Positions 40,982-53,766 of a stretch of 64,000 nucleotides of DNA are shown piece after piece (position 1 is the first letter of the stretch; every line of letters begins with the position of its first letter). The position numbers and the translations under genes were made by a program. The DNA comes from an uncultured Gammaproteobacteria bacterium (GTDB taxonomy: Bacteria; Pseudomonadota; Gammaproteobacteria; GCA-002705445; GCA-002716945): contig CACLCV010000002.1 of NCBI GenBank assembly GCA_902605525.1, positions 6,176 through 70,175 of the forward strand, written 5' to 3'. A model generated the notes under the pieces. That model saw only the letters and a program-made list of their open reading frames with translations, made no database searches and had not been told where the DNA came from.

Positions 40982-41891
40982 TATTAATATCGCTTTTACT
41001 TATACTTACAGTTCCAAGTTGTTGTATAGATAATCCAGCTGCTATATTTGCGAGTTCACAAGATTTTTTTAATGTTTTATTTGAAGCTAAAGATGCCGCA
41101 AGAACTGATATTACTGTATCGCCAGCTCCTGTTACATCATAGACATCTTTTCGTGACGTAGCAAAAGTTAAAAGAGAATCTTTGGAAAACAACGCCATTC
41201 CGTTCTTACCTAAAGTTAAGAGCAATGTATCTAATTGTAGATCTTTTTTTAGTTTTTTTCCTTTTGCAATCATGTCTTTTTTGTTTTTAATTTTACCCAT
41301 GATCGTAGAAAATTCTAATTCATTAGGTTTTACCATGTAAGCATTTTTATACATTGAATAGTCTGTGCCTTTAGGATCAATAATTACCTTGATGTTGTTT
41401 TTGTTCGCAAAGCTGATAATGTCAGCTGCAACAGATTTTACTGATCCTTTATCGTAATCCGACAAAACTATTAAATCAGTATTTTTAGCATACTTAATTG
41501 CTCTTTTGAGAAGTTCCCCGTGCATATTAGATTTATCTCTATCTTCATGATCCAGTCGCATTAATTGTTGATCATTCCCGATAATTCTAGATTTTAATGT
41601 TGTTCTTATGGATAAATCTTTTACAGGATCAAACTTAATGTCAGTAAGTCTTAAGACCTTTATCAATTCTTTTAGCTCATAATCATCTCCTGTTATGCCC
41701 AATAACGTAACATTCATACCTAATGCTGATAAATTTTGTGCTACGTTAGATGCTCCTCCAGGTTTAAAAATTATTTTTTTAATATCAACGATAGGAACAG
41801 GGGCTTCCGGAGACACTCTGCTTACAGTACCATGACAATACTTATCAAGCATAATATCGCCTACAACTAGTATGTTCTTTTTCTTAAACAT
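40962..41891 (-). CDS. hldA: D-glycero-beta-D-manno-heptose-7-phosphate kinase (stand-alone HldE domain I)
   Basis: PfkB-family motifs GGASNVA and DVTGAGDT. Directly upstream of hldC. Confidence 0.85.
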   Translation of the reverse strand: MFKKKNILVVGDIMLDKYCHGTVSRVSPEAPVPIVDIKKIIFKPGGASNVAQNLSALGMNVTLLGITGDDYELKELIKVLRLTDIKFDPVKDLSIRTTLKSRIIGNDQQLMRLDHEDRDKSNMHGELLKRAIKYAKNTDLIVLSDYDKGSVKSVAADIISFANKNNIKVIIDPKGTDYSMYKNAYMVKPNELEFSTIMGKIKNKKDMIAKGKKLKKDLQLDTLLLTLGKNGMALFSKDSLLTFATSRKDVYDVTGAGDTVISVLAASLASNKTLKKSCELANIAAGLSIQQLGTVSISKSDINNAIKKS

Positions 41892-42812
41892 TTAGACTTG
41901 AGTTAACCAACTACTATATTCATCTACCTTACCTCTTATAAGATCAAAATAAATCTTTTGAATTTTTTTTGTAATTTCTCCTGGCTTGCCATCATTTATT
42001 TTTACATTATCAACTTGAATAATTGGAGTTACTTCAGCAGCAGTGCCAGTAAAAAATGCTTCGTCCGATGATTTCACGTCACCGACAGAGATATTTGTTT
42101 CTTCTACGCTATAGTTTAAGTCTCTAGCTATTTTCATAACAGTTTGCCTTGTTATACCATTTAATACTGTAGCATCCTTGGGGGTATGAATAATATTATT
42201 TGAAATCATAAAGAAATTTTCTCCTGATCCCTCATTTACATTATCATCTGTATCAAGAATTAAAGCTTCATCAAAACCTGAATTAAGAGCATCTTTTAGT
42301 GCTAACATTGAATATAAATAATTACCAGAAGCCTTTGCTTTATGTAACATACTCTTTTCACTTCTCTTTGGAAAATCAGTTACTTTAACTTTAATACCAT
42401 TTAATATTTTATCATCACCCAGATATGAGCCCCAATCCCAAGCTGCGACAATCGCATGTACTTTTAAATTATCAGCACGCAAGCCCATTCCCTCTGCTCC
42501 ATAGAAACACATTGGTCTTATGTATGCATTTTTTAAATTATTAATTTTTACGACTTGAGACTGAGCGTCATTTAATTCTTTTGCATCATACGGGATTTGC
42601 ATGCCTATAAGTTTGGCTGATTCGAATAATCTATTTGTATGGTCTTCTAATCTAAAAATTGCTGGACCATCGGATGTCTCATAAGCTCTAACTCCCTCAA
42701 AGACTCCAGTGCCGTAATGAAGCGTGTGCGTTAGTACATGAATCTTTGCGTCTGACCATTCAACGAGATTGCCATCCATCCATATTTTCCCTTTTAGGTC
42801 TGACATTATCAT
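41892..42812 (-). CDS. ilvE: Branched-chain amino-acid aminotransferase
   Basis: HYGTGVFEGVRAY and GTAAEVTPI blocks. Confidence 0.92.
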   Translation of the reverse strand: MIMSDLKGKIWMDGNLVEWSDAKIHVLTHTLHYGTGVFEGVRAYETSDGPAIFRLEDHTNRLFESAKLIGMQIPYDAKELNDAQSQVVKINNLKNAYIRPMCFYGAEGMGLRADNLKVHAIVAAWDWGSYLGDDKILNGIKVKVTDFPKRSEKSMLHKAKASGNYLYSMLALKDALNSGFDEALILDTDDNVNEGSGENFFMISNNIIHTPKDATVLNGITRQTVMKIARDLNYSVEETNISVGDVKSSDEAFFTGTAAEVTPIIQVDNVKINDGKPGEITKKIQKIYFDLIRGKVDEYSSWLTQV

Positions 42813-42960
42813 TTTTTATACCTTTTAGAATTTAAAGAAAACTATAGCATGTATTAAACAGTTGGGAAATTGATGACTAATGTTAATTTTATGTAAATAG
42901 GTCAAATTTCCTTGAAATTCAACATATACTAGACAATAATGATAATCATTCTTATTTACA

Positions 42961-43992
42961 ATGAATAAACAAATTATACACATATTAGCGATAATACCTG
43001 CGCTTATAATTACAGGATGTTCAAGCGTTCCAATAGATGAAGAAGTAAATCTATATACCGCGCGAAAAGAGCATTTAATAAGACCTTTGGTTGATATTTT
43101 TGAAAAAGATACAGGTATTAAAGTAAATATTGTCTCAGCTAAAACAAAAGTTTTAATTAAAAAAATTATTGATGAAGGAGAGACAAGCCCAGCAGATTTA
43201 TTAATTACAGTTGATGCTGGTAATTTACACAAAGCGAAATTGAAAAATATTTCCCAGAAAATTGAATCAGAAAAACTGAATAGTCTTGTTCCAGATTATT
43301 TAAGAGATAATGAAGGACATTGGTATGGGCTTTCTATTCGATCAAGAGTGATAATGTATAATCCTGAAAAGATAAACCCTAAGGATGTAATGAATTACGA
43401 AAATTTAACGAACCCTGCTCTAAAAGGTCGCGTTTGTATAAGATCATCCAGTAATATCTATAATCAATCTCTGCTTGCATCACTTATTTATCATAATGGT
43501 CAGAAAGCAGCATTAGAATGGGCAAAAGGTATTGTTGATAATTTCTCGAGACCGCCTAAAGGAAATGATAGAGGACAAATGACTGCTGTTGTTCTTGGTA
43601 AATGTGACGTTACTCTGGCTAATACTTATTATTTAGGAAAATGGATTGCATCGAAAAAAGATACTGAAAGGGAGTATGCTAAGAAAATAAGAGTTTTATT
43701 TCCTAATCAAGATAACAGAGGAGCGCATATAAATATCAGCGGTGGATTTGTTACTAAAAATGCTAAAAATAAAGATAATGCTATTAAACTGATTGAGTTT
43801 TTAGCGGGTGATAAAGCTCAAGAAGTTTATGCGAAACAGAATCATGAATACCCTATTAGACAAAATATCAATATATCTGACACTGTGAAGTCATGGGGAT
43901 ATCCATTTAAGATGGACTCGATGAATCTTACTAACCTTGGTAAGCTAAACGATAATGCTGGAAAGGTATTTGATATAGCTAAATGGAAATAA
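42961..43992 (+). CDS. Fe(3+) ABC transporter periplasmic binding protein (FbpA/AfuA-like)
   Basis: Lipobox/signal peptide and the NTYY tyrosine pair. Followed by a fused permease and an ATPase. Confidence 0.8.
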   Translation: MNKQIIHILAIIPALIITGCSSVPIDEEVNLYTARKEHLIRPLVDIFEKDTGIKVNIVSAKTKVLIKKIIDEGETSPADLLITVDAGNLHKAKLKNISQKIESEKLNSLVPDYLRDNEGHWYGLSIRSRVIMYNPEKINPKDVMNYENLTNPALKGRVCIRSSSNIYNQSLLASLIYHNGQKAALEWAKGIVDNFSRPPKGNDRGQMTAVVLGKCDVTLANTYYLGKWIASKKDTEREYAKKIRVLFPNQDNRGAHINISGGFVTKNAKNKDNAIKLIEFLAGDKAQEVYAKQNHEYPIRQNINISDTVKSWGYPFKMDSMNLTNLGKLNDNAGKVFDIAKWK

Positions 43993-43998
43993 GGACCT

Positions 43999-45615
43999 TT
44001 GTCTAATAAAATCGATTCTTTTAATAACACTTTGGCATTCATATTTGTCCTTATATTTCTATTGCCTATATTGTTTATATTTTTAAATTTATTTACTGCA
44101 ACCACCGATGTTTGGATGCATATCAAAACATATCTTTTAGAAGAATATGTAATCAATTCATTAATTATTGTCTTCTTTGTGGCTGTATTTACAATACTTA
44201 TTGGTACTTCATTAGCATGGCTTGTAAGTATGTACGACTTCCCAGGTGTTAACTTATTCAAATGGTTACTTATTATACCAATGGCAATCCCAACATATGT
44301 AAATGCCTTTATTTATTCGGGCCTTAATGAAACATCGGGCATATTTTTCAATTTTTTTGAGTACTATTTTGGGTTAGGGCCATTTATATACAACTTGTAT
44401 AATATTCAAAATATATATGGCGTTATTTTTGTAATGTCGATTAGTCTTTATCCATACGTATACTTATTGTGTCTTCCTGCGTTTGCAAATCACTCCTATA
44501 GTGTTTTTGAAGTAGGTAAGTCATTAGGATTAAATCAATATCAAAGAATGACTAAAATAGGTATTCCTATTGTCAGGCCTGCAGTAATAGCAGGAGTAAG
44601 TTTTGTTATTATGGAGACGCTAGCAGAATATGCGACTATGGAATATTTTGGAGTCCCTACTTTTGCAACAGGCATATTTAGAGCATGGTTTGTTTTAGGT
44701 GATGATGTTAGCTCTCTTCGTTTATCATCTATCTTACTAACTTTAGTTTTTTTCTTGATATATTTTGAAGAGATTTCTCGTGGAAAAAAAAATTTCGATA
44801 ATCCAACAAACAAGGTGTATAAAAGAAAAAAAGAAATTCCAGATAATAAAGCTTTACCAACCTTTTTATGCTCTTTAGTGCTTTTTTTTGGTTTTATCTT
44901 ACCTTTGATACAAATCTTTTATTGGATATCTTATTCTTTTGAAGAAATAAATATTATCTTTCTAGCTGAACTTATAGCATCTAGTACAGGTATTGCATTA
45001 TTGAGCGCTATAATAATTATTATATTTACCCTTAACATTAGTTTTATATCACGAATAACAAAGAATATATTTACAAAAATATCCATAAAAATGTTTTCAC
45101 TTGGTTATGCTATCCCTGGTGTTGTATTAGCGGTAGGTGTAATTGCGCCGATAACATACATGGAAAAATCATTTGCCAAATTGTTTGATTATCCGCCCGA
45201 GACTATTCTGACGGGTACTTTCATATTACTTATTGCCGCCTATCTTGTTCGTTTCTCAACTATTTCTATTAAAACTATTGATTCTGGTTTCAATAAAATC
45301 TCAAGAAACTATGACTTAGTATCTGAAAGTTTAGGTTATTCAAAGATTCAAACACTTTTAAAAGTACACGCGCCAATTCTACTGCCCACCGTTTACTCTG
45401 CTTTGATATTGTTATTTGTCGATATTGTAAAAGAACTTCCAATGACGTTAATATTAAGGCCTTTTAACTTCACTACTCTTCCCGTTTATCTTTATGAATT
45501 GGCAGAAGCAGAGAATTTATCTTCAATAGGTTTGCCAGGACTTATTTTAATAATAATTTGTCTAATACCAGTTATAATACTTTCAAAAGGTATTATGAAT
45601 AATGTCAAACACTAA
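43999..45615 (+). CDS. Iron ABC transporter permease (duplicated FbpB-type)
   Basis: 538 aa with about 12 TM segments and two MalFG-type halves. TTG start. Confidence 0.85.
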   Translation: MSNKIDSFNNTLAFIFVLIFLLPILFIFLNLFTATTDVWMHIKTYLLEEYVINSLIIVFFVAVFTILIGTSLAWLVSMYDFPGVNLFKWLLIIPMAIPTYVNAFIYSGLNETSGIFFNFFEYYFGLGPFIYNLYNIQNIYGVIFVMSISLYPYVYLLCLPAFANHSYSVFEVGKSLGLNQYQRMTKIGIPIVRPAVIAGVSFVIMETLAEYATMEYFGVPTFATGIFRAWFVLGDDVSSLRLSSILLTLVFFLIYFEEISRGKKNFDNPTNKVYKRKKEIPDNKALPTFLCSLVLFFGFILPLIQIFYWISYSFEEINIIFLAELIASSTGIALLSAIIIIIFTLNISFISRITKNIFTKISIKMFSLGYAIPGVVLAVGVIAPITYMEKSFAKLFDYPPETILTGTFILLIAAYLVRFSTISIKTIDSGFNKISRNYDLVSESLGYSKIQTLLKVHAPILLPTVYSALILLFVDIVKELPMTLILRPFNFTTLPVYLYELAEAENLSSIGLPGLILIIICLIPVIILSKGIMNNVKH

Positions 45616-46645
45616 ATTAGATCTTGAATCTGTAAAAATTATACTCGACTCTAAAGTAGTTCTAGATAACGTGAATTTAAAAATAGATACAGGTGAGATA
45701 GTTTCACTGATGGGCTCCAGCGCTTCAGGAAAAACATCCCTTATCCGCTCTATAGCTGGGTTTCATAATATTGCATCGGGTGTTATTAAAATAGATAACC
45801 TGGTTATCGATGATTCTAATAAATATATAGATGTGGCAAAGAGAAATGTTGGTGTGATCTTCCAGGACCTAGCATTATTTCCCCATCTCACTGTCAGAGA
45901 AAATATAAATTTTGGATTAAATACTCTAGATAATGTTCAAAAGCGAAAAAGAGCCGAGAAACTAGAGAATCTTTTGAGTATTGAAAATATTGTCAATAAA
46001 TACCCTAATCAAATTTCTGGAGGACAACAGCAAAGAGTTGCTATTGCCAGAGCAATTGCACCAAAGCCTAACTTACTATTGCTTGATGAACCTTTCAGCG
46101 CTCTTGATTATGAACTTAAAGATAGCCTCATGAGTGATATTAAAAAACTTTTGAAATCAGAGAATATAACAGCAATGCTAATTACTCATAGCGCAGAAGA
46201 GGCTTTTAAAATGTCAGATAAAATAGCATTTATAAGCGACAGTACTATTACTCAGTATTCAGATCCATATGATATTTACCACAGACCATCATCGAGAGAA
46301 ATTGCAAATTTCTTTGGATTATCATCATATATAAAAGCGGAGATTGTTGATTCTAGTCATATTGAGTGTAAATTGGGTAAATTTGTAACCAACATAGGCC
46401 AAAATAAAGTCGGTGATGAAGTAGATTTACTTATTCGACCAGATGATATTATTCATGATGATGACTCACTATTTTCCGCAAAGGTCATAGAAAAGAAATT
46501 TCGAGGATCAGATTTCCTATATGAATTAGAGCTCAAGGATAAACAAAAAATATTTTGTTATGCTCCTAGTCATCATAATCATGAGATCAATGAGGTGATT
46601 GGTATAAGACTCAACCTGGATCATCTTATTATTTTCAACAATTAG
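45602..46645 (+). CDS. Iron ABC transporter ATP-binding protein (FbpC-like)
   Basis: Walker A GSSASGKTS, signature ISGGQQQR and Walker B LLLLDEP. Confidence 0.9.
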   Translation: MSNTKLDLESVKIILDSKVVLDNVNLKIDTGEIVSLMGSSASGKTSLIRSIAGFHNIASGVIKIDNLVIDDSNKYIDVAKRNVGVIFQDLALFPHLTVRENINFGLNTLDNVQKRKRAEKLENLLSIENIVNKYPNQISGGQQQRVAIARAIAPKPNLLLLDEPFSALDYELKDSLMSDIKKLLKSENITAMLITHSAEEAFKMSDKIAFISDSTITQYSDPYDIYHRPSSREIANFFGLSSYIKAEIVDSSHIECKLGKFVTNIGQNKVGDEVDLLIRPDDIIHDDDSLFSAKVIEKKFRGSDFLYELELKDKQKIFCYAPSHHNHEINEVIGIRLNLDHLIIFNN

Positions 46646-48294
46646 CCAAGATTTCTTAGTTCCCTTCTTAATATCTTACCAACATTGGTTTTGGGAAGGT
46701 CATCTATAAAAATAATTTTTTTGGGAACTTTATATTCAGTTAAGCCTTCTTTGCAAAACATAATCACATCAGTTTCTGAAAGATTTTTATTTTTTTTAAC
46801 AATAAATACTTTGATATATTCCCCTCTATTTTTATCAGGCACACCAATAACGCCAGCTTCAAGAATATCAGGGTGAGTTGATAAGAAATCCTCTAACTCA
46901 TTTGGAAAAACATTATATCCTGATGAAATTATCATATCCTTTTTTCTATCAACGATAGTAAGGTATCCATCTTTGCTAATTGCTGCAATATCTCCTGTTT
47001 TAAAAAAACCATCATCTGTAAATGGGTTCTCCTGGTCTTCTTTATATTTCCAGTAACCTGACATAACCTGAGGCCCCTTAACGCATAATTCGCCAGGCTG
47101 CTCATCATCTACATTCTTTCCACTTTCATTGATAATTTTTATATTCGTTGACTGTACAGGGAGTCCTATGCTTCCATTAAAAGGGTTATCAATTTTATTG
47201 ATTGAAACAACAGGTGATGTTTCTGTTAATCCATATCCTTGAGTAATATTAGTCCCGGTAACTTTTTTCCAATTTTTTGCAGTCTCACTCATAACAGCCA
47301 TACCTCCACCAACAGAAAATTTAAATCCTGAGAAGTCTAACTCTTTAAATTTTTTACTTGTTAAGAGAAGATTGAATAAAGTATTTACGGCAGTCATGAC
47401 TGTAAATTTTTTCTTTTTAAGAACCTTAAGAAAAGATTTTAGGTCTCTTGGGTTTGCTATTAGAACATTCTCTGCTCCGATTTTTAAAAAGGTTAGACAA
47501 TTTACAGTAAAAGAAAATATATGAAAAAGAGGTAAAGCTGTAATTATTATTTCTTCACCAGCTTTTATATGTGGTTCTATCCAGTTTGATACTTGTTGAA
47601 CATTAGATAAAAGATTTTTATGTGTGAGGACAGCAGCTTTTGATTTACCTGTGGTTCCACCTGTATATTGAAGAAGAGCTATATCATCCTGTTCTACATG
47701 AACATCTTCAAACCCAAAATTATTAGAAATAATATCTTTAAAATAAATATTTTTATTGTTCTTCTCAATATTGACTGTTTGCTTTTTACAAAGCATTACC
47801 ATGGGAACGACAAACTTCATTAATGGGTTTAATAAATCATTAACTTTACAAATGATGATTTTTTTAAGCTTAGAATTTTTAATACATGGTTGGAGCTCAT
47901 TATAAAACTTATCTAATACAAATATATATTCTGCCTCTGAATCCTCTAAGAGGTGTTGTATCTCTCTAGATTTATACATAGGATTTACATTTATTACAGT
48001 AGCTCCGCAGAAGTATGAACCAAATAGTGATATTGGATATGTGAGCAGGTTTGGGAGCATTATTGCTATTTTTGTATTTTTTCTAACACCAAGATACTGT
48101 AAGTAAGCTGCTAGCCTCTTGGCTAATAGGCTAGTCATTTTGTAATTTAATGAACTATTTAAACTGTAATATGCGATTTTGGATTCATATTTTCTAGCTG
48201 ATGATTCAAGTAGATCAATTATAGTATCATTGTCTATACTGCCTAGGTTTTCACTTAAGCCTTTTGGATATTCGTTGTTCCAATTATTGCTCAT
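46642..48294 (-). CDS. fadD: Long-chain fatty-acid--CoA ligase
   Basis: AMP-binding motifs YTGGTTGKSK, GYGLTE and TGD. Confidence 0.88.
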   Translation of the reverse strand: MSNNWNNEYPKGLSENLGSIDNDTIIDLLESSARKYESKIAYYSLNSSLNYKMTSLLAKRLAAYLQYLGVRKNTKIAIMLPNLLTYPISLFGSYFCGATVINVNPMYKSREIQHLLEDSEAEYIFVLDKFYNELQPCIKNSKLKKIIICKVNDLLNPLMKFVVPMVMLCKKQTVNIEKNNKNIYFKDIISNNFGFEDVHVEQDDIALLQYTGGTTGKSKAAVLTHKNLLSNVQQVSNWIEPHIKAGEEIIITALPLFHIFSFTVNCLTFLKIGAENVLIANPRDLKSFLKVLKKKKFTVMTAVNTLFNLLLTSKKFKELDFSGFKFSVGGGMAVMSETAKNWKKVTGTNITQGYGLTETSPVVSINKIDNPFNGSIGLPVQSTNIKIINESGKNVDDEQPGELCVKGPQVMSGYWKYKEDQENPFTDDGFFKTGDIAAISKDGYLTIVDRKKDMIISSGYNVFPNELEDFLSTHPDILEAGVIGVPDKNRGEYIKVFIVKKNKNLSETDVIMFCKEGLTEYKVPKKIIFIDDLPKTNVGKILRRELRNLG

Positions 48295-48338
48295 TACATA
48301 TTTATTGTAACATCGAATATATTTCTAAATTATTAAAT

Positions 48339-48370
48339 ATAAAAAACAAGGCCTCAAAAAAGAGGCCTTG
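48339..48370 (-). terminator. Rho-independent terminator after groEL
   Basis: The minus strand reads caaggcctc-tttttt-gaggccttg followed by ttttttatattt (9-bp perfect stem, then a T-tract). Confidence 0.8.
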
Positions 48371-48395
48371 AATTATTTTTGGTAAGTGGAAGGGA

Positions 48396-50377
<1,982 letters not shown>

Positions 50378-50403
50378 CGATTTACCTCGCTTTCAATTAA
50401 TAG

Positions 50404-50430
50404 TTAGCACTCTAACCCTACGACTGCTAA
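50404..50430 (-). promoter_or_regulatory. CIRCE element (HrcA operator) in the groES leader
   Basis: The minus strand reads TTAGCAGTC-N9-GAGTGCTAA against the consensus TTAGCACTC-N9-GAGTGCTAA (one mismatch). Confidence 0.75.
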
Positions 50431-50458
50431 TGATATGGACTTTGGTGAAAATTTCAAG
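50431..50458 (-). promoter_or_regulatory. Sigma-32 (RpoH)-type promoter of groESL
   Basis: The minus strand reads CTTGAA, then 14 nt, then CCATATCA. The consensus is CTTGAA, 13-15 nt, CCCCATNT. Confidence 0.6.
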
Positions 50459-50474
50459 GATTTAACTGAAAAAT

Positions 50475-50900
50475 CTAGTCATCATCTCTATAGTTGCCAT
50501 CAATTATATTACTCTTATTACGATTGGACCGGTCTGATTGGTGTTTGAAATTAAAATAATTTGACAGTGTCGGTCTCAAAAATGGTAATAATAATATCAA
50601 ACCAACAAAATCTGTAAGATAGCCTGGTACAATAAGTAATACTCCGGCTAAAAAAGAATAAATACTTGATTCATACTGTTGATACATATCTTGTATATTT
50701 GAAATACTCATCATACTAAAACTGATATTTTTTATTTTTGATTTGATTAAGTAATAGCCTAAGAATATAGTGAATATTATTGAAATAATTACATTGAAAC
50801 TGCCAATATAAGAGCCTACCTCAATAAATATAATTAGTTCAATGATTGGTAATAATAGAAATATATATCCTGGTATTTTCATCTGTCTATTATATGTCAA
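50475..50900 (-). CDS. fxsA: FxsA-family inner-membrane protein
   Basis: LLIVPGYLTDFVGLILLLPFLR motif. Adjacent to groES as in E. coli. Confidence 0.75.
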   Translation of the reverse strand: MTYNRQMKIPGYIFLLLPIIELIIFIEVGSYIGSFNVIISIIFTIFLGYYLIKSKIKNISFSMMSISNIQDMYQQYESSIYSFLAGVLLIVPGYLTDFVGLILLLPFLRPTLSNYFNFKHQSDRSNRNKSNIIDGNYRDDD

Positions 50901-51031
50901 AAATCTTGATTATCTTAACTTCTATAATTTATATTATAGCGTTTTAATTAGACCTGCATAAATGTATATATAAATGATAGAAGAATTGCATAACATTGAA
51001 AGCCCTGGAATAATAACGTTAGTAATAATAG

Positions 51032-52807
51032 ATGAAAAATACTTTTAAAAAATTAATGAAGCTATTTATAAAACAAATATATTTTATACTATTGGTAGTA
51101 TGTTGTTCCTTTTTGACACAAAATCATGCTAGAAGTGAATTGCCCGTTAACCAAGCAGAATTTCTATCACCAGATGAAGCATTCAAAATAGATTATGAAA
51201 TAGTTGATCAAAATCATGCCAAAATTAACTGGATAATTCATCCAGGATACTATTTGTATATGGGTATGTTTGAATTTGAATCACTCGATACAAATAAAAT
51301 TTCAAAAGTTGAAATGCCTGAAGGTAAAAAGAAACAGGATGAATTTTTTGGAGATGTGGATGTTTATTATTATTCAGCTGAAGCTGATGTATATTTTGAA
51401 GATGATATTAAGGATTCAATAGAACTTAAAGTTAAGTACCAAGGATGTGCAGATGCTGGTTTATGTTACCCACCAGTTTTTAAGACCATAACTGTAAAAA
51501 AAAAGACCTCGCTAAATAGCTTTAGAAAAACATCTTTGTTTGAGAGTCAAAATGCCATGAGCGACTCTCTGTTATCAAATTCTGTTATTTACAACTCTAT
51601 AATTTTTTTTCTAGCTGGGCTTTTACTAGCCTTTACACCTTGTGTTCTACCTATGGTTCCTATTTTAACTGGAATTATTGCTGGGCAAGGAAATGTATCA
51701 CAAAAAAAATCACTTACTCTATCCATAATTTATGTATTTAGTATGTCGCTGACCTATGCTGTTGCAGGAATTATTGTTGCTATATCAGGAACAAATATAC
51801 AAGCAAGTCTTCAAAATCCATATGTAATCGGATCTATATCTTTATTATTTTTTCTATTTGCTTTAGCAATGTTTAAGTTTTTTGATATACAAATGCCAAA
51901 ATCTATTCAAACAGTTATGACCCAACTAAGTAATAAGCAAAAATCTGGAAGCTATGGAGATGTGGCTGTAATGGGCGTTCTATCTGCACTGATAGTTGGA
52001 CCATGTGTAACTGCACCATTAATTGGAGCATTAATCTATATTGCTAGTACAGGAGATGTTATTGTTGGCGGAATTGCTTTGTTCTCGCTTGGCATAGGTA
52101 TGGGAGCACCTCTTATTTTATTAGGTTCAACGACTACAAAGTTAATTTCAAAGATTGGGCCTTATTTACAACTGGTGAATTATTTTTTTGGCATTCTATT
52201 CTTAGTAGTATCCATTTGGTTACTCGAAAGAATACTATCAATAGAAGTAGCTGCTTATCTATGGGCTCTTTCTTCACTTATATTAATTTTAATATTTATT
52301 AAGTCATTGAGCATAATTAAGAATTTCATAGCTACCTCAATTGTTTTCGTAAGTTCATTTTTCCTGTTGATATATTTCGGTCTACAAATAAATGGTGTTC
52401 ACTCAAATTCTTACTATGACCCAATAACAAGCTTTGTGGAAAAAGAAAAATTTGTTGAATTTGTAACAGTTGAAACAACTAGAGATTTAAAAAAAGAAAT
52501 AGAAAATTCTAATAAGCCAGTCATGATAGATTTATATGCTGATTGGTGTGTAGCTTGCAAAGAATTAGAAAAATATACTTTTAGTGATCCAAAAGTAAGT
52601 ATGATTCTTAGCCAATTCAAGCTCATAAAATTTGATATTACCAGAACGGATGAAGACCATTCTAAGTATCTAAAGTCCATGCGTATCTTTGGACCTCCTG
52701 CACTATTTTTTTATGACCTCAATGGTGAAGAAGTTTCAGAAGCAAGAGTTGTTGGCTTCATGGAAAGTAAAGATTTCTTAAAAGTTTTGAAATTAGTAGA
52801 AAAGTAA
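51032..52807 (+). CDS. dsbD: Thiol:disulfide interchange protein DsbD
   Basis: N-terminal domain, TM core with CVLPMVP and GPCVTAP, and a C-terminal thioredoxin WCVACK. Confidence 0.92.
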   Translation: MKNTFKKLMKLFIKQIYFILLVVCCSFLTQNHARSELPVNQAEFLSPDEAFKIDYEIVDQNHAKINWIIHPGYYLYMGMFEFESLDTNKISKVEMPEGKKKQDEFFGDVDVYYYSAEADVYFEDDIKDSIELKVKYQGCADAGLCYPPVFKTITVKKKTSLNSFRKTSLFESQNAMSDSLLSNSVIYNSIIFFLAGLLLAFTPCVLPMVPILTGIIAGQGNVSQKKSLTLSIIYVFSMSLTYAVAGIIVAISGTNIQASLQNPYVIGSISLLFFLFALAMFKFFDIQMPKSIQTVMTQLSNKQKSGSYGDVAVMGVLSALIVGPCVTAPLIGALIYIASTGDVIVGGIALFSLGIGMGAPLILLGSTTTKLISKIGPYLQLVNYFFGILFLVVSIWLLERILSIEVAAYLWALSSLILILIFIKSLSIIKNFIATSIVFVSSFFLLIYFGLQINGVHSNSYYDPITSFVEKEKFVEFVTVETTRDLKKEIENSNKPVMIDLYADWCVACKELEKYTFSDPKVSMILSQFKLIKFDITRTDEDHSKYLKSMRIFGPPALFFYDLNGEEVSEARVVGFMESKDFLKVLKLVEK

Positions 52808-52873
52808 AATAATACTTCTATTTTCTTCAAACATCATATAAAATCAGCTAAAATCAACTAAATACTTCTAAAA

Positions 52874-53305
52874 ATGAAAATACTAGTACTCAATGGACCT
52901 AATTTAAACCTACTTGGTACTAGAGAACCCGAAGTTTACGGTACTGATACACTAGAAGATATTCAAAAAAACCTACAATCAATAGCATCAAAAAAATCGG
53001 TATCTATAGAGTTTTATCAATCTAATTCTGAAAATGAACTTATTGACAGGCTGCATGAAGCGAAAAAAGATCATGTTGAATATATTATAATAAATCCGGG
53101 TGCTTTCACTCATACAAGCATTGCGCTTAGAGATGCATTTCTAGGAGTTGGGATACCTTTTATAGAAGTACATATTTCAAATATTTACAGCAGAGAGGAA
53201 TTTCGTAAAAAATCATACTTATCCGATATAAGTAAAGGACTTATTACTGGCTTGGGTGTAGCTGGTTATGAATTTGCATTGTTATCAATATTACAAAGGG
53301 GTTAA
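52874..53305 (+). CDS. aroQ: Type II 3-dehydroquinate dehydratase
   Basis: [18 protein letters not shown] and HISNIYSRE. Confidence 0.95.
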   Translation: MKILVLNGPNLNLLGTREPEVYGTDTLEDIQKNLQSIASKKSVSIEFYQSNSENELIDRLHEAKKDHVEYIIINPGAFTHTSIALRDAFLGVGIPFIEVHISNIYSREEFRKKSYLSDISKGLITGLGVAGYEFALLSILQRG

Positions 53306-53307
53306 AT

Positions 53308-53766
53308 ATGGATCTAAGAAAAATTAAGAAATTGATGGAGCTTCTAGAAGAAAGTGGTATTGCTGAAATAGAAGTTAAAGAAGGTGAAGAGTCTATTAAG
53401 CTCTCTAGAAATATTGGGAGTCCTGTTGCTCCAGCTCAACAGATGATGCAACAACCTATGATGCCTCAGCAACAGTCAGCTCAAATAACCTCGAAAGTAG
53501 AAGACAAGTCAGATGACTCAGCAAATAAAAATCGTAATACTGTAAACTCACCTATGGTAGGAACATTTTATGCATCAGCGTCACCGGAATCTAAGCCATT
53601 TGTAACTGAAGGCCAATCTGTCAAGAAAGGTGATACTTTATGTATTCTAGAAGCAATGAAAATGATGAATCAAGTTCAAGCTGAGTCAGATGGTAAAATA
53701 TTGGAAATACTAGTTGATAATGCAGAACCAGTAGAATTTGATCAACCTTTGTTTGTAATCGAATGA
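53308..53766 (+). CDS. accB: Biotin carboxyl carrier protein of acetyl-CoA carboxylase
   Basis: Biotinyl-lysine motif EAMKMMN. Confidence 0.95.
   Translation: MDLRKIKKLMELLEESGIAEIEVKEGEESIKLSRNIGSPVAPAQQMMQQPMMPQQQSAQITSKVEDKSDDSANKNRNTVNSPMVGTFYASASPESKPFVTEGQSVKKGDTLCILEAMKMMNQVQAESDGKILEILVDNAEPVEFDQPLFVIE

Noticed and set aside
40493-41891. hldE present as two separate genes (kinase and adenylyltransferase)
   Set aside because: The split hldA/hldC arrangement is known in several bacteria, so it is noted only in the feature table.
42825-43232. 135-aa minus-strand ORF overlapping the start of the iron-binding-protein gene
   Set aside because: It is antisense to a well-supported FbpA-like CDS, has low-complexity composition and has no motif. 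It is a typical AT-rich shadow ORF.
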